A stretch of DNA of 64,000 nucleotides. Origin: the human T2T-CHM13v2.0 reference genome, Homo sapiens. Below the pieces are notes generated by a model. The model worked only from the letters and a program-made list of their open reading frames with translations, had not been told where the DNA came from and did no database searches. A program made the position numbers and the translations under genes. This document shows, piece by piece, positions 41,350 to 59,521 of the stretch (the first letter of the stretch is position 1; each line of letters starts with the position of its first letter). The stretch is taken from the NCBI RefSeq assembly GCF_009914755.1, contig NC_060930.1; one strand, written 5' to 3'.

Positions 41350-41917
41350 TAAAAGTAGAGCTACCATTTGACCCCACAATCCCGTTACTGGATATATACC
41401 CAAAGGACAATAAATTGTTCTACCAAAAAGCCACCTGCACTCATATGTTTATCACAGCACTAATTCACAATAGCAAAGACAGGTCATCGACCTAGGTGCC
41501 CATCAACTGTGAATTGGATAAATAAAATGTGGTAGATGTACATCATGGAATACTATACAGCCATAAAAAAGAACTAAATTATGTCTTTTGCAGCAACATG
41601 GATGCAGCTGAAGGTCATTATTCTAAGTGAATTAATGAAGAAACAGAAAACCAAATATCACATGTTCTCACTTATAAGTGGGAGCTGAACATTGGGTACA
41701 CATGGACATAAAAATGGGAACAGTAGACACTGGGGACTTCAAAAGTGGGGAGGGAGAGGGGGAATAAGGGCTGAAACACTCTCTATTGGGTACAATGTTC
41801 ATTATTTGGGTGACAGGATCAATAGAAGCCCAAACCTCAGCATCACATAATATACCCTTGTAACAAACTTGTACATGTACCCCTGAACAGTAAATAAATA
41901 AGTAACAAATAATAAAT
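41350..41917 (+). mobile_element. Older L1P 3' end
   Basis: diverged L1 3' end; TSD copy aaaatgggacttcttc at 41918-41933. Confidence 0.85.
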
Positions 41918-43479
41918 AAAATGGGACTTCTTCAGGAGAGAACATGAACAGCATCTGCAATGCAGTAGCATCGGCTGGAGTTAGCTGTTTCTTTATTGAG
42001 GGAGTCTGGTGTTTTGCTGAAACTTACACTTGATAACAGATTTTTAAAAGTGTGTCAAGAAAAATATAGCCTGTTTGGAAAATAACTTGAGCTTCTTTGA
42101 TTTTACTGGTAACTTCTTATTTTTATAAAATGATGGAAATTTAGGACGTAAAAATAGAGAGCTGGTCTGGAGATGGCCCAAGTTTAATAGGATGAATCCA
42201 TGTTCAGTCAGAGGGACTTTTTGTATGTGATCTCTGGCCTAATGTTTCTAATTGTAATATGTCTTATTTTGAATAAGCGCTTGTGGTGGCTCAGAATCAT
42301 CACAATGCATGAGAAGCATGAACATTTTTATGTGTTAGGTAGTTGTAGATAATTACACTTTAAATGAGATGAACTTGTTCCCATTGTTGTTAGTGTTTCA
42401 TAGAGTATTCAAGACTAAGGTGTAGCACCAGTTCTCTCCTCATAGTCAACAAGCCAGTTCCTCTTGTCTTTTGCCTCCTGTTGGCACTGAGGAAGAGGGT
42501 TCACCCAGGTTCTTGTGGGACATTTGGGAAACACTGGTGTGGCACTTTTTTTCTAGTGGAGGGATGGAATACACTGTGGAGACCCAATGACAGTAACTAG
42601 TTGTCCAACTTTATTACTTTACTTAGTTGCAAAATTCCCCAATTTATATTTCTTGGGTGCATGGGGAACATTTTAAACATTTAAGAAACAAAAATAATTC
42701 AGTCTATGCAAATTTTTATGGAAAACAACTTACTTATGAGGAGGCCATTTTAAAATGAAAATATGGGAAAGATCAGAATAAGCTAAACCTTCCAACCCAT
42801 TTTAAAAAATCTCAAAACACATTTACGATATGGAAAACAGTCTCTGAAAAATCATGAATAAATTTGAAAATAGAATATGTTTTTTAAAAATTATAAAACT
42901 CATTTATGTTTTACAGTGAGTTCACTGTGGTGTTATAGGTACTTTAAGTAGTTTTTGTCATGTTCGCTTTTAGATACTATATGCTGAGTGTTTTAAAACA
43001 AGGTATTGCATAGGCAGTCTTCCCTTCATATTTATGTATTTTTTTACTAGAGCCCAGGGTAAATGCCCCTTTTCAGTAGTTCTAATGATTAGAATTTGAT
43101 TTGAGTGCATAGAGAATGTCATCCTAAAATAAACTCTTGAGGAGGTTAAACAGTCCTTAACTGAAAATTCTCCCTGATGCAGTAAGAGATTAAAGTGGTG
43201 CTTGTGATTGCAGTGTGCAGCTGCAGTCTATTTGCTCTCTTTTAATGCTGGCCAACTGCTGGTGGTAGACAGATTGGACTGAGCGCATTGTTTCTCTCTT
43301 GGATTTGGTTAGTACTTTGGACCACTCTTGGACATTTCAGTTGTTTCTTGTAAAGAAAAATAAAATTAGGTTAAGAATGGAAAACTCAGAAAAGTGTATC
43401 GAAATGCTCTTATATTTTGGCAAAGTCAATGTTTCTAAACAAGGGAGCCGTGTGAACTGATGTCTGCTTCTTTGAACAG

Positions 43480-43655
43480 GGAGACAGGCGGTGAGAAGTT
43501 ACAACTCTGAAGTGAAGCTGTCCTCCTGTGACCTTTGCAGTGATGTCCAGGGCTGCCGTCCTTGTGAGGATGGAGCTTCAGGCTCCCATCATCACTCTTC
43601 AGTCATTTTTATTTTCTGTTTCAAGCTTCTGTACTTTATGGAACTTTGGCTGTGA
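43480..43655 (+). CDS. CD109: CD109 exon 33 coding part, GPI signal and stop
   Basis: gaacag|; ...GASGSHHHSSVIFIFCFKLLYFMELWL* with TGA 43653-43655. Confidence 0.96.
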
Positions 43656-45047
43656 TTTATTTTTAAAGGACTCTGTGTAACACTAACATTTCCAGTAGTC
43701 ACATGTGATTGTTTTGTTTTCGTAGAAGAATACTGCTTCTATTTTGAAAAAAGAGTTTTTTTTCTTTCTATGGGGTTGCAGGGATGGTGTACAACAGGTC
43801 CTAGCATGTATAGCTGCATAGATTTCTTCACCTGATCTTTGTGTGGAAGATCAGAATGAATGCAGTTGTGTGTCTATATTTTCCCCTCTCAAAATCTTTT
43901 AGAATTTTTTTGGAGGTGTTTGTTTTCTCCAGAATAAAGGTATTACTTTAGAATAGGTATTCTCCTCATTTTGTGAAAGAAATGAACCTAGATTCTTAAG
44001 CATTATTACACATCCATGTTTGCTTAAAGATGGATTTCCCTGGGAATGGGAGAAAACAGCCAGCAGGAGGAGCTTCATCTGTTCCCTTCCCACCTCCAAC
44101 CTAGCCCTACTGCCCACCCCACCCCAACCCACCCCATGCCCAGTGGTCTCAGTAGATACTTCTTAACTGGAAATTCTTTCTTTTCAGAATCTAGGTGGTG
44201 AATTTTTTTTAAGTGGCACGGTCTTTTTCTGCTTGAAATCTGATCACACCCCCCAGCCATTGCCCTCCCTCTCTTTTTCCGCTGTAGAGAAATGTGAGGG
44301 GCAGTACATTTACTGTGCTTTTCACACCATCTCAGAGGTTGAGGAGCATACTGAAAATTGCCCTGGGGGGTGCTGGGTGTGCTATCTCCTTCCCACATCC
44401 TCAGCCCCACACCAGCTCTATTTCAGGGGTGAGAGTCAGAGAGCACTGCAATATGTGCTTCATGGGATTTCGATTCGAAGATCCTAGACCAGGGAGACAC
44501 TGTGAGCCAGGGATACAACAAAATACTAGGTAAGTCACTGCAGACCGACCTCCCTGCAGTTTGGGAAAGAAGCTGGGTTTGTGGAGAATCAGAGCATCTT
44601 GACATGACTGCTGACCTAAAGATCCCTGGCATTGGCCAGGGATCCTGTGGAACCTCTTCTAGTTCAGGGGTGTGAGCATTAGACTGCCAGTTGTCTAGTG
44701 ACATCTGATGCTTGCTGTGAACTTTTAAGATCCCCGAATCCTGAGCACCTCAATCTTTAATTGCCCTGTATTCCGAAGGGTAATATAATTTATCTGGATG
44801 GAAATTTTAAAGATGAATCCCCCTTTTTTCTTTTCTTCTCTCTTTTCTTTCCTTCTCCCTTTCTTCTTTGCCTTCTAAATATACTGAAATGATTTAGATA
44901 TGTGTCAACAATTAATGATCTTTTATTCAATCTAAGAAATGGTTTAGTTTTTCTCTTTAGCTCTATGGCATTTCACTCAAGTGGACAGGGGAAAAAGTAA
45001 TTGCCATGGGCTCCAAAGAATTTGCTTTATGTTTTTAGCTATTTAAA

Positions 45048-45068
45048 AATAAATCCATCAAAAATAAA
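45048..45068 (+). terminator. Candidate proximal PAS pair (AATAAA x2)
   Basis: AATAAA at 45048-45053 and 45063-45068. Confidence 0.45.
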
Positions 45069-45719
45069 GTATGCAAATGTATCTTTTAAAGTTAATTTTT
45101 AAAAATGCTCTTATTTTAGTGAATTTTCAGAAATTATAGTGGAATGGATGCTCATATATTGCTTATGGATATTTTGGATACCAAAGTAGGAATAACTGAC
45201 ATTCAGTATTTTAAAGCTGGCAAACCTGTACATAGAAAATAGATCCCCAGACAGTGGTCTATGAAGAGGGCAGTTAAGTATCAAATACTTAATTTTCTTG
45301 CCTTTTTTTCTTAAGTGGGGAAAAGTTTCTAGATCTCTTACACCTCTGACACAATCTGTTCTAAAACAGGCACTTGTAATGTTGGGGCCTCCTTGTAAAC
45401 GTGTTTTTGCCCTTTACTCTCTGGGAGTTCTTTAAAGGTGAAATCATCTTACAAAGAAATTGGGGGAGGGTCTTGGCAAAGGACTTTCCCCTCCTCTTTC
45501 CTGGCCTGGGAACCTTATACTGACAATCAATACTTTATATTTTAAAGTATATAATTTATAGTTAACTTCTAGTGTAATATATTAGGAAACACTAGAATGG
45601 AAAGGCCATTGGAAGACAGGTTGTATCTTTTTTAGACCATATTTCCTTGTTTAAAAACTATCATTTGAATACTTTTTTGGTGAAGAACTCCATGTTTTCA
45701 AGTTAAAGGTCACCTCGTA

Positions 45720-46097
<378 letters not shown>

Positions 46098-48312
46098 TTA
46101 GCTAGCACTGTCTCCTGGTGCATGGGGCTGTGCAGATGTCCCGGCCACTTCTTCCTTCATACTTCCCTTAGAGAACTTGCTCTGCTACAAGCAGTGGGCT
46201 TGGACTAAAAGTGATTAAAATACCACAGGCATAAGGAGAAAAGGAGTATATGTAGTAGTAATAATTACTAGTATAAATTATTTTCTTCACATGCTATGAG
46301 TAATAATATTAAAAAACTCATTTTACCATTAAGATTCCTTATGCTGAAGCTCTTCCATTTAGAATACTGTCAATGTCATTTACTGGTATGAACTAAAGTC
46401 CCCCTTCTTTTCCACTCACTGGGAACCTTAGTAAAACACCAGCATATCTTACCTCTCTTTCTGACTGGCCGATGCTTCCAGAGACTGAATGTTGGGAAAA
46501 CCTAGTAGCCAAACAATTCTAGGACAGAATAACATTTTTATATTTGGTTCCACCATCTTATTACATTTAGTTATAGTTTTAAAAAAGAAATTCAAGCCCA
46601 TTAAAATATGTCTGGTCAATGAAATGCTTCCTTTTATTGTGTTGTGCTATTGTACTTTGTTTTTCAAAACATTGTAAAAATAGTATCTTTGGTTTAGTAT
46701 TTTGGATTATATATTATAATCTGAGGAGTGTTTTGCTTATGTAGAATCCAGATATATTTCTGTTACCTAGGAGATGTTACTTACATATGTAATACTGTAT
46801 CCTGCACGTGGAAATATTCAGAATTGTAGATAGCATAACTCTCCCTGCTCCTATTCTTTTGAGCCTAGGTATAATTTTTTTTTTTTTTTTTAGAAAAAGA
46901 CATATTTAGCTTTAATTTCTATTTATGCTAAACATATTTATAAGTAGTCTGTCAATATAATACCAACTATTTTTATTTTTACATAATTCAATTATTTCAT
47001 TTGACATGTCTGGCAGACTCAAGACATTAAGTAAAAAATTGGAACTATGATTTTTCTTTGTCATTTTTTAAAAAAGAATTATTTTATTAACCTGCTGGCA
47101 TATAATCTGGAGTTCTTTTCACAACCTTACTTTTTCTGATTTGCTTTATTGAATGATTGAATACTCATTTCTTTCTAAAAATATGTTGTAAATTCTCCCT
47201 TGGCAAGATTTCTCCCTATGAGGGTAGTTATTATTTGAGTCTGCCAAGTGGTTACCATGGGGCAAGGTGCCATGATGTATTCTTGGGTGCATTGGTTTTT
47301 TGCGCATTGTAAATTTAAGACACTTATAGTAAGTGGACTCATTCATAGATGAGTTTCAGAACCTTTTACGTTCTCGGTAGAGGCTTCTGTCGGACAGGCA
47401 GAAGAGTGTATTCCTCACTTTTTTTTTTGTCTTCAAATTCCAGTAAGGCATAGCACTTTTAAGAAATTAGAATTTTTCTATCATCTATGCAAATGATATT
47501 TATGTTAATATTAAATATCTTATGTTACACTGGGAGTAATTTGAGGTGCAATTATTTTTATTACTACTTTGAATAGAGGACCATTATCCTTCTTTCTTCA
47601 GAAAACTAAGAAGTAAGTGTAACTTTTAAAGTAAGTATATATCAGTGAGAGTAGGCTTGTTTTACAACTATTTCTAGCCAGTGAGTTGTGTTTTCATGTC
47701 TCATCAAAAGACAATACCACATTGCATCATTTTACAAAATATGTTGTCATTTTCATTTCAGTTGTAACATAGGAAAATAGATATTTCCTAGATGATTTCT
47801 GAGTTTCTTACTGCAAAGAACAGTTATAAATTGGTATACATGTGTCTCTGTAATAGGGATAATATTGATATATCTGTTGCTACATATTTAAGAATCATTC
47901 TATCTTATGTTGTCTTGAGGCCAAGATTTACCACGTTTGCCCAGTGTATTGAATTGGTGGTAGAAGGTAGTTCCATGTTCCATTTGTAGATCTTTAAGAT
48001 TTTATCTTTGATAACTTTAATAGAATGTGGCTCAGTTCTGGTCCTTCAAGCCTGTATGGTTTGGATTTTCAGTAGGGGACAGTTGATGTGGAGTCAATCT
48101 CTTTGGTACACAGGAAGCTTTATAAAATTTCATTCACGAATCTCTTATTTTGGGAAGCTGTTTTGCATATGAGAAGAACACTGTTGAAATAAGGAACTAA
48201 AGCTTTATATATTGATCAAGGTGATTCTGAAAGTTTTAATTTTTAATGTTGTAATGTTATGTTATTGTTAATTGTACTTTATTATGTATTCAATAGAAAA
48301 TCATGATTTATT

Positions 48313-48318
48313 AATAAA
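48313..48318 (+). terminator. Distal polyadenylation signal AATAAA
   Basis: several upstream TGTA motifs and a downstream GT/T-rich tract (ttatgtgttctttttatttt). Confidence 0.8.
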
Positions 48319-48771
48319 AGCTTAAATTCTCATCTATTTATTATGTGTTCTTTTTATTTTAGCATAAAGCATGTCTATAGCACACCTCCCTTATTTAAGC
48401 TTATTTATGAGAAACAGGATATTTGAGGCTAGCTTAGAGTAGGGATTATTGTGTTGCAAGGTAGCAACATAATGAAGTTGAAGAAATTTGATTACCAGCC
48501 TCCTTTACCTCCCCGCTCAGTGGAGAGGTAAGTAATACACAAATTAAAAAAATTAATGTGAGGTGAGCACTCACTTAATCTCTGGAAATTATATAGAAGT
48601 ATATAGAACACATAGTTTTTATACACACAGGAAAATGGAGGCACAGATTGTCTCAGCCAGAACATAAGATTTCATGTACATTTTCTTAATTCCCACCCAG
48701 TGTTATTTAATATTTCTGTTGCCATGAATTTTCTGGGCTTCTGTGAAATACTAAAGATAGCATTTCACAAT

Positions 48772-48985
48772 CGGGGGTTCTCAACTGGAAGTGATTTTGC
48801 CTTCAGCAACCATTTGCCAATGTCTGTACATTTTTTGGTTAACATAATTGGAGGTAGTGCTGTTGTCATCTAGGGAATGGAGGTCAGGGATGCTGCTAGA
48901 CATCCTACAATGCGCCAGACAGCTCCTTACAACAAAGAATTATTTGACCCAAAATATGAAAAGTTCTGAGGTTGAAAAACCCTCT
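48772..48985. mobile_element. MER20 hAT relic
   Basis: gttctcaactgg...ggtcagggatgctgctagacatcctacaatg...gaggttgaaaaaccct. Confidence 0.8.
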
Positions 48986-49599
48986 AGCTCAGTGATGCTG
49001 GGCCCTTCTAGATCACCTCATGATGCCAATTGTTTAATATGATTAAGTTAATACACTCTTATATAAGAATAGAGTCGTTGGAATCACTGGACAGATACTT
49101 AGATTAACAAATAAGTTTATACCCCAAGTCTAGGAAACTTCACTTGGAGACTGGGAAAAGATGAAGTAATTATTTTTTGAAAATATCTATAATGGTAGTT
49201 TCCAAACTTGATAGACATTAGACTCTCTTAAGAGCTTGGTTTGACAAAAATTTCTGGCCTTACTTTAAGAAATCCTAATTCAGCATATCTAGAATCAGGT
49301 TCTGGATCTGAATTGTTAAGCAAATAGGTGATTCTGATGATTATTTTAATCTGAGAACCACTGGATTATTTAATGAGTTTTCCAGGCCTCACTGGCCTGG
49401 GTATGAAATGGGATCCTGGAAATAGCATCATCCATGCCATCTAAGTGATGATGCAGGGCCTCCAGCCCCGCCGACAGTCCTTCCCAGTGATTCCTGGGGG
49501 CTTCCAGGACTGTTCTGTGCTCTCACAAAAGATCCCAAGAGCTGTCCCCTGGGATTTGCTTTGTTCTTTCTCTCCTATCTGGCACACTTTGTTGATGTT

Positions 49600-50565
49600 C
49601 AGTGTAGCAGAGACTGCTACTTTCTTCCTCCTATTCAACCCGTTCTCTTCCTCCTCCTTAGTCTCAGGAGGAGCTACATTTCCCAGATGACTTTGCAGCA
49701 AGGTAGAGTCCTGGACCAGGTTCTGGTCAGTGGGATATAGGCTAAAGATATTAGTGATACTTGTGAGAAGTATTCCTAAAAGGAAGGGAGTAGGTGCCTT
49801 GCCCTTTTTTTTTTTTTTGCTTTTTCTTCATCCTGCTGCCTGGACTGTGGATGACTGACTGAAGCTCTATCAGTTTTTTGGTCCTTTAGTGGGAAGGCCA
49901 AACCCTTAGGACTGGAGGTTGGAGATCTTGAAGGAGCCGGGGTCCCTAATGACTGTGGAGCCACCCTGAACCACCTACCTTTGGATTTCTTCTGCAAGTG
50001 AGAAAACATCTACTTTGTTTAAACCAGTTGTGGTGGTGGGTAGGCCCTAGGGTGGGCCCCATGACCCCTGCCTGCTGATGATCAGGCCATTGTGGATCCC
50101 CTCCCTTGAGTATGTGTGTGACCTGTGACTTGCCTCTGGACAATAGAACATGGCAAAGGTGACGGAGTGTGCATTAGATTGTAGCTACCCTCTTGCTGGA
50201 GTCTCTCCATCCTTTTCTGGCTTTGAAGAAGTGAGCTGCCCATGTGGGCTGCCAATTTTGGGCAAGAAATTAAGATCAGATTTTAGAAGCTGACAGCAGC
50301 CTCCAGCTGACAGCCAGTGAGAAACTGAAACCCCTACAGCTGTAAAGAACTGAGTTCTGCCCACAAAAGTGGATCCTTCTCTCGTTAAGCCTCAGAACAG
50401 ACTGCAGCCCCAACTGATTCCTTGATGATAGCTGTAGGAGACCCTAAACAAGGAACCCAGCTATGTGGCCAGTCTATTGACTCAGAGAAACTGTGAGATA
50501 AAAATGTGTGTTGTTTTCAATCACTAAGTTTGTGCTAATTTGTTATATAACAGTAGAAAACTAAT
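49600..50565. mobile_element. MLT1-family MaLR LTR fragments
   Basis: gccagtgagaaactgaaacccc, agaaactgtgagataaaaatgtgtgttgtttt. Confidence 0.65.
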
Positions 50566-52499
50566 AAACAAGAAAATAAGTTAAAAAATTAATTCTGGTG
50601 CATGCAGCTAACATTTCTAACTGGCAACACTTGGTGTTGCCATCTTTTCTACCATTTCAGGGCCTATAAACACATGAGCATTAGCCCTGGTGCCCACTAC
50701 TCCCTCAGTTCTGCCATTTCCATCTCTGTGCCAAAGATGAGCTGTGTTCGCTGGAGGCTTAATTGCTCTCAAGCCACGGTGAGTTCCACAATGAAGTGAT
50801 GAGTTGTTCTCTCCCTGTCTCTGTGATATACTTTATCTTTTTGTATTCTTAGTAGGGCTGGTTGTGGCTCAGTGCTTACAGAGTTTTTAAATGACAACTG
50901 TTCTTTTAATTTCTGCCCACCCCCCTCCCCCCTATTCTCTCTCTCTCTCTCAGACCTAAGATCAGGGGGCTGGACCATATGCCATGGGGTACAGATACTA
51001 TACTATCCTCCTAATCTCTCTTCTTTCCGACACAATCTCAATCTCAATCTCCCTCTCTCTCTTTCTGTCTCTCTCTGTTATTGATCCAAAATTTTCCAGC
51101 AAAATTGACTCCTTGTAGCCCTCCCTGCCAACAGTGCACTAGACACATTCATCTATGGATACTGTGATGGGTAAGAGCATGGGCTTTGGTGCCAGGCAGG
51201 CCTGGCCTCGAGTCTTGGATCTGCCTCTTGTTAGAGGGGAGAGAGTTTTCTTCCCTGGTGTATATGAGGTGGAATTTTTCGTTAAATTTTCTTAGAGTCT
51301 CTCCCTTCACTTGCTCCATCCCAAAGGAGACAGAGTGCTTTTCTGCACTGTTGAGTTAGGAAGAATTAAATGGCAATGGTGAGTTCATTTCCCTCTTGGG
51401 TTCCACCTTGACATCATCCTCAGTTCCCCTGTGCTGACCTAGGTCTTGCCTAGGCCCAGAGCTGCCTGCAAAGGTTGAGGAATTCTGGCCAAGAATGGGC
51501 TATAGTGGGAAGATCCACTGGGTACTCACATCAGGTTGTGTCCCCTCATTTAGCCTTTATCAGTAATAGAGTGAATATTTTGGTTCCTTCATTTGTTGGC
51601 TTTTGTATACCAGATGGGGATGAAGGATTTATTACATTTCCTCAGTAACCCCAACACCTTCACCAAGAGCATGATCTTGGTCAGGGTTTGCAATATCTAG
51701 TACATATTAGGTGCTTAATAAATCATGGTTATAACTATATGTGTGCATGCATCGGTGGATACAGTTTAGGTGTTAGCTGTATATGTGTAACTTTGGGTAG
51801 GAAGGAAGGGAATTCTACTATTCACTAGCTGAGCTGCTGCCAAAGGGTGGGTCTCTGATGCCCTGTAGCCTGTACTGATGTTATCTCTAATAATTACAAT
51901 GGGCCAGAGATGGTACTTGGCTTGGGGGTTGATGGATTCTCTTCTCCTTCCTACTACTGCCTGTGCAACCATTTCTACTATAGTGAATTCACAAATGGGA
52001 CCATGAAGAAGGGAACAATTTATTCAAAATCATTGGTGATAAATCAAAATTATAGAGATTCAGATATAGGAATATTGTGCCCCCTGATCTAGTTACGTTG
52101 TCCTGTCAGCCTGTATAGGAACATGAGGCCTCACTGCCCAGACTTTGACAGTGTCCTATGCTAGCTGAAAAACTTGTGGGTGGATTCTCACTGCTTTGTT
52201 TAGGCTATCTCCCTCTTCTTCCCTACAGAAATCCCCTACTTTATCTCTTTCTCCATTCTGAAATTCCCACGTTTTCCACTTTTCCTGTCAGTTACTATGT
52301 TTCAAAATCAGCAAGTCCCAGGTCTCCCTTTTTCCCTTAAGTTTTCTGTTTGTTTCATGGAAGTTGTGGGCCAAAGCTTTCTGTCTTCTGCCCATCTACT
52401 GCTAGGTCATATCCCTAGGGTAAAGAGGTGATGAAAGAACTTTGGATGATTCTCCACTCTGATTGGTAGTTGGCTTTTATTCCCTTTTATGTTATTCCA

Positions 52500-52980
52500 A
52501 TTATCTAAAAGGTCAGACAACTGTGTGAGTTCAGGATGAGAGAGAAATTAAATTGCAGCACCCATGAGAAAGACTTGATGGTTAAGAAAAGTATGAGTCA
52601 GTGACAAGGGAGCAAATGCTTCCCGTTTTCACATGAAGGAGGGTATTAGTTCTGCATGTTTCAGGGTATTATGTCCAGTTACTAATGTCACAATTTAGGA
52701 AAGTAGACCAACTGGAGTCCACATGGAGCAGAGCAGCCGTAATGGTGTCAGGATGAAAGATTAAAGGATATGCAGAGGCTCAGCTGGTAGAAGAGACAAC
52801 CCAGACTCTAACGCTTGTCTTCAAATATCCGAAAGACTGCTATGAGCAAGCTCAAGTCGCAGAATCATTCCAAGTGGGTAGAGTTTGGCTCAATATTAAG
52901 AAGAACCAAATGGAGCATCCCTGAATCAGAAGGTAGTGAGTACATGGTCCCTGAAGTTGGTTAGTAGAAGCTGATGCTAA
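52500..52980 (+). mobile_element. L3/CR1 3' relic
   Basis: gaccaactggagtcc..., gcttgtcttcaaatatccgaaagactgc. Confidence 0.45.
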
Positions 52981-53085
52981 TTAGTGGCTGACACTTCTTA
53001 AAATGGTTTCTAATCCATTACTATTTTTTTTTTGGCATTGAGTGTTGAAAATGGTAGAGGTTGAAAGGTTTGTAAATTTAGCTTG

Positions 53086-53555
53086 TGTTATGGGTTGAAT
53101 TGTGTCATCTCCAAAAAAGTATGTTGAAGTCCTAACCCCTTAGTACCTTGGAATGTGACCTTATTTGAAAATAAGGTCATTGCACATGTAATTAGTTAAT
53201 ATGAGGTCATACTGGAGAAGAGTGAGCCCCTAATCCAATATGACTGCTGTCCTTATAAGATTATAAGAAGATGGCCATCTGGAGACAGAGGCATACAGGG
53301 AGAGTACCATGTGATGATGAAGGCAGAGGTTGGAGTTATGCAGCTGCAAGCCAAGGAATGCCTAAGGTTGCCTCCAAGCCGCCAAAAGCTAGGAAGAGGA
53401 AAAGAAGGGTTTCCCTACAGGCTTCAGAGGAAACATGGCACTACAGACATCTTGATTCAGACCCAGCCTTCAGAACTGTGAGACAATAAATTTCTGATGT
53501 TTTAAGCCACCCACTTTGTGGTACTTTGTTATAGCAGTCTTAGGAAACGAACACA
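53086..53555 (+). mobile_element. MLT1B/C solo LTR
   Basis: tgttatgggttgaattgtgtc ... cagaactgtgagacaataaatttctg ... aca. Confidence 0.85.
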
Positions 53556-54240
53556 GCTCCCCAATTATACTAAGACCCAGGGAGATGAAGTGCCTTGCAC
53601 AAGTTCTAAAACATCTATTTTTTCCTCCCTCCACAACTTCTTAAGAGCAAAATCGAGACTTCTGTGTGGCATGAAGCAGGGACTCCATGACTATTTGTGG
53701 GCATTAATTTCCTTAAGTCTGAATTCTAGCAGGTTGATGGCTTTCCCAGTTCCTGCTTCCTGTCCTGTTCCTAGCCAGTGCTGGTAGCTCAGCCCCAATG
53801 CTTACCCTCTGCTCTTGGCACACCTGCCTGTAGTCACAGATAGGAGGACTGGAATTGCCATCCATTCTAGGATAACTTACTCATTTTTAAAATAAACTCT
53901 TACAGTTAGGATGCCAAATTGATGTCCTCTTGAGTACCAGCTGAAATCAGTTGGAAATGACTGCCCTGGGGGATTCTGCCAGAGTTTTGGAGGCCACTTC
54001 TGAACCTGGTGGGAATAAGAGCCGGAACTAGCTGTGGATGTCTGCATGGATGAGGCAAGGCCAGATGGTGGCATTTGAGCGGGAACTTTGCCATTCCTGA
54101 TTTAGGATCTGTACTATACAAGTTACCATTTAAGTATGTTGCCTTGCATTGTGAACTAATTTTTTTTATTGGTGTTGGTCTTAATTCACAGTCCACATCT
54201 TAAATTCATATCTTTAGAATTTCTACCCTATACCATAGAG

Positions 54241-54251
54241 TCTATCATCTG

Positions 54252-54309
<58 letters not shown>

Positions 54310-54333
54310 ATCTATCTATGTATCCATCTATCT
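54241..54333. repeat. (TCTA)n tetranucleotide STR
   Basis: direct. Confidence 0.95.
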
Positions 54334-55635
54334 AATAAATCTGACTGAGGTACTCAGTGTACTCTGTAGGCTTTACACTGAATAATTTAGAAATAATGAC
54401 AATGTTATAATAATAAAGTTATGCACTAAAGGTCTTGGCATCCCAAACAAGCAAAAATGGACAACTACTTTTCTTGAAGTCTTTGATTTTGTAGTTTTCA
54501 TTCCCCCCACATCCCCCACAAGTTACCATACATTTTGTTTTCTTAGGAATTGGTTGACAGATATTGAAGAACAGGGTAAATTAATTATGAATATAAGATT
54601 ATATGGCAGGTTGGTAAGTAAAAACTCATGGTTTGCAGGATTTTATTTTTCTTTTTTACTATAAAGAAACACATAGGAAGGGACCTTTTTCTATTATTAG
54701 GAAATTCAAACTAGGTTTACATTTCTCTTGGTAGCTTCTGAGAGTCCTATTTTCACCTCTACTATTGCCCCATTTCCCTTTATCTATTCTTTACTCTGCA
54801 TATCAATGCAATGAGAAGCACATTGCTGGAGGGCAGGGGTTATACCTTACTTAGTTTTTAATCTTCGCTATCTACACAGAGTTCAGCATATAGTAGATAC
54901 TCAATATGGCAAATGCCAAAAAATTTAGTTTATTTAATGAAGGAAATATTATTTATTTTTAAGTCCCATTGTCTGATATTCTCCAGAAACTCAGTTAATT
55001 TGTTTAGCTACTAATTACAAGGATGAGTACAATGCTGTCTCACAGCATCTAACATTACCTTTAATGCTGTGCATGTTCAGGAATGTTTAACTGAATAGAG
55101 TTTGAGGTACCAGCAATGAACAACTTTCCCACATGAATAAATAAAAGATAAAGAAATGGCAGAAGAAGAAGTAAAGGGAGAAAATGATGGAAAGAAAGAA
55201 ATGCAAATGAGAGGGAAATAAGAAATAGTTCTAAGCATGACCAGTGGGGTGATTTGTTAAATTTCAATTATGGAGATTAGTGCAGAATCTCAGCTGAGTC
55301 TCAAACACCATAGATATTTCAGTCCTGTGTTTAAAGTGCCAAATAAAAAGTTAACCTCATTCATACAATTATGAGCAAATGCTGCTCTGTGTGTTCTTAT
55401 TTATTTTTATTTTTTTATTTTTTATTTTTTATTATACTTTAAGTTTTAGGGTACATGTGCACATTGTGCAGGTTAGTTACATATGTATACATGTGCCATG
55501 CTGGTGCGCTGCACCTACTAACTCGTCATCTAGCATTAGGTATATCTCCCAGTGCTATCCCTCCCCGCTCCCCCCACCCCACAACAGTCCCCAGAGTGTG
55601 ATATTCCCCTTCCTGTGTCCATGTGATCTCATTAT

Positions 55636-59458
<3,823 letters not shown>

Positions 59459-59521
59459 TATGATGTTAGCTGGTTATTTTGCTCATTAGTTGATGCAGTT
59501 TCTTCCTAGTCTCGATGGTCT

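Noticed and set aside
43899-44704. Overlapping ORFs in the 3'UTR
   Set aside because: Short, low-information, consistent with chance
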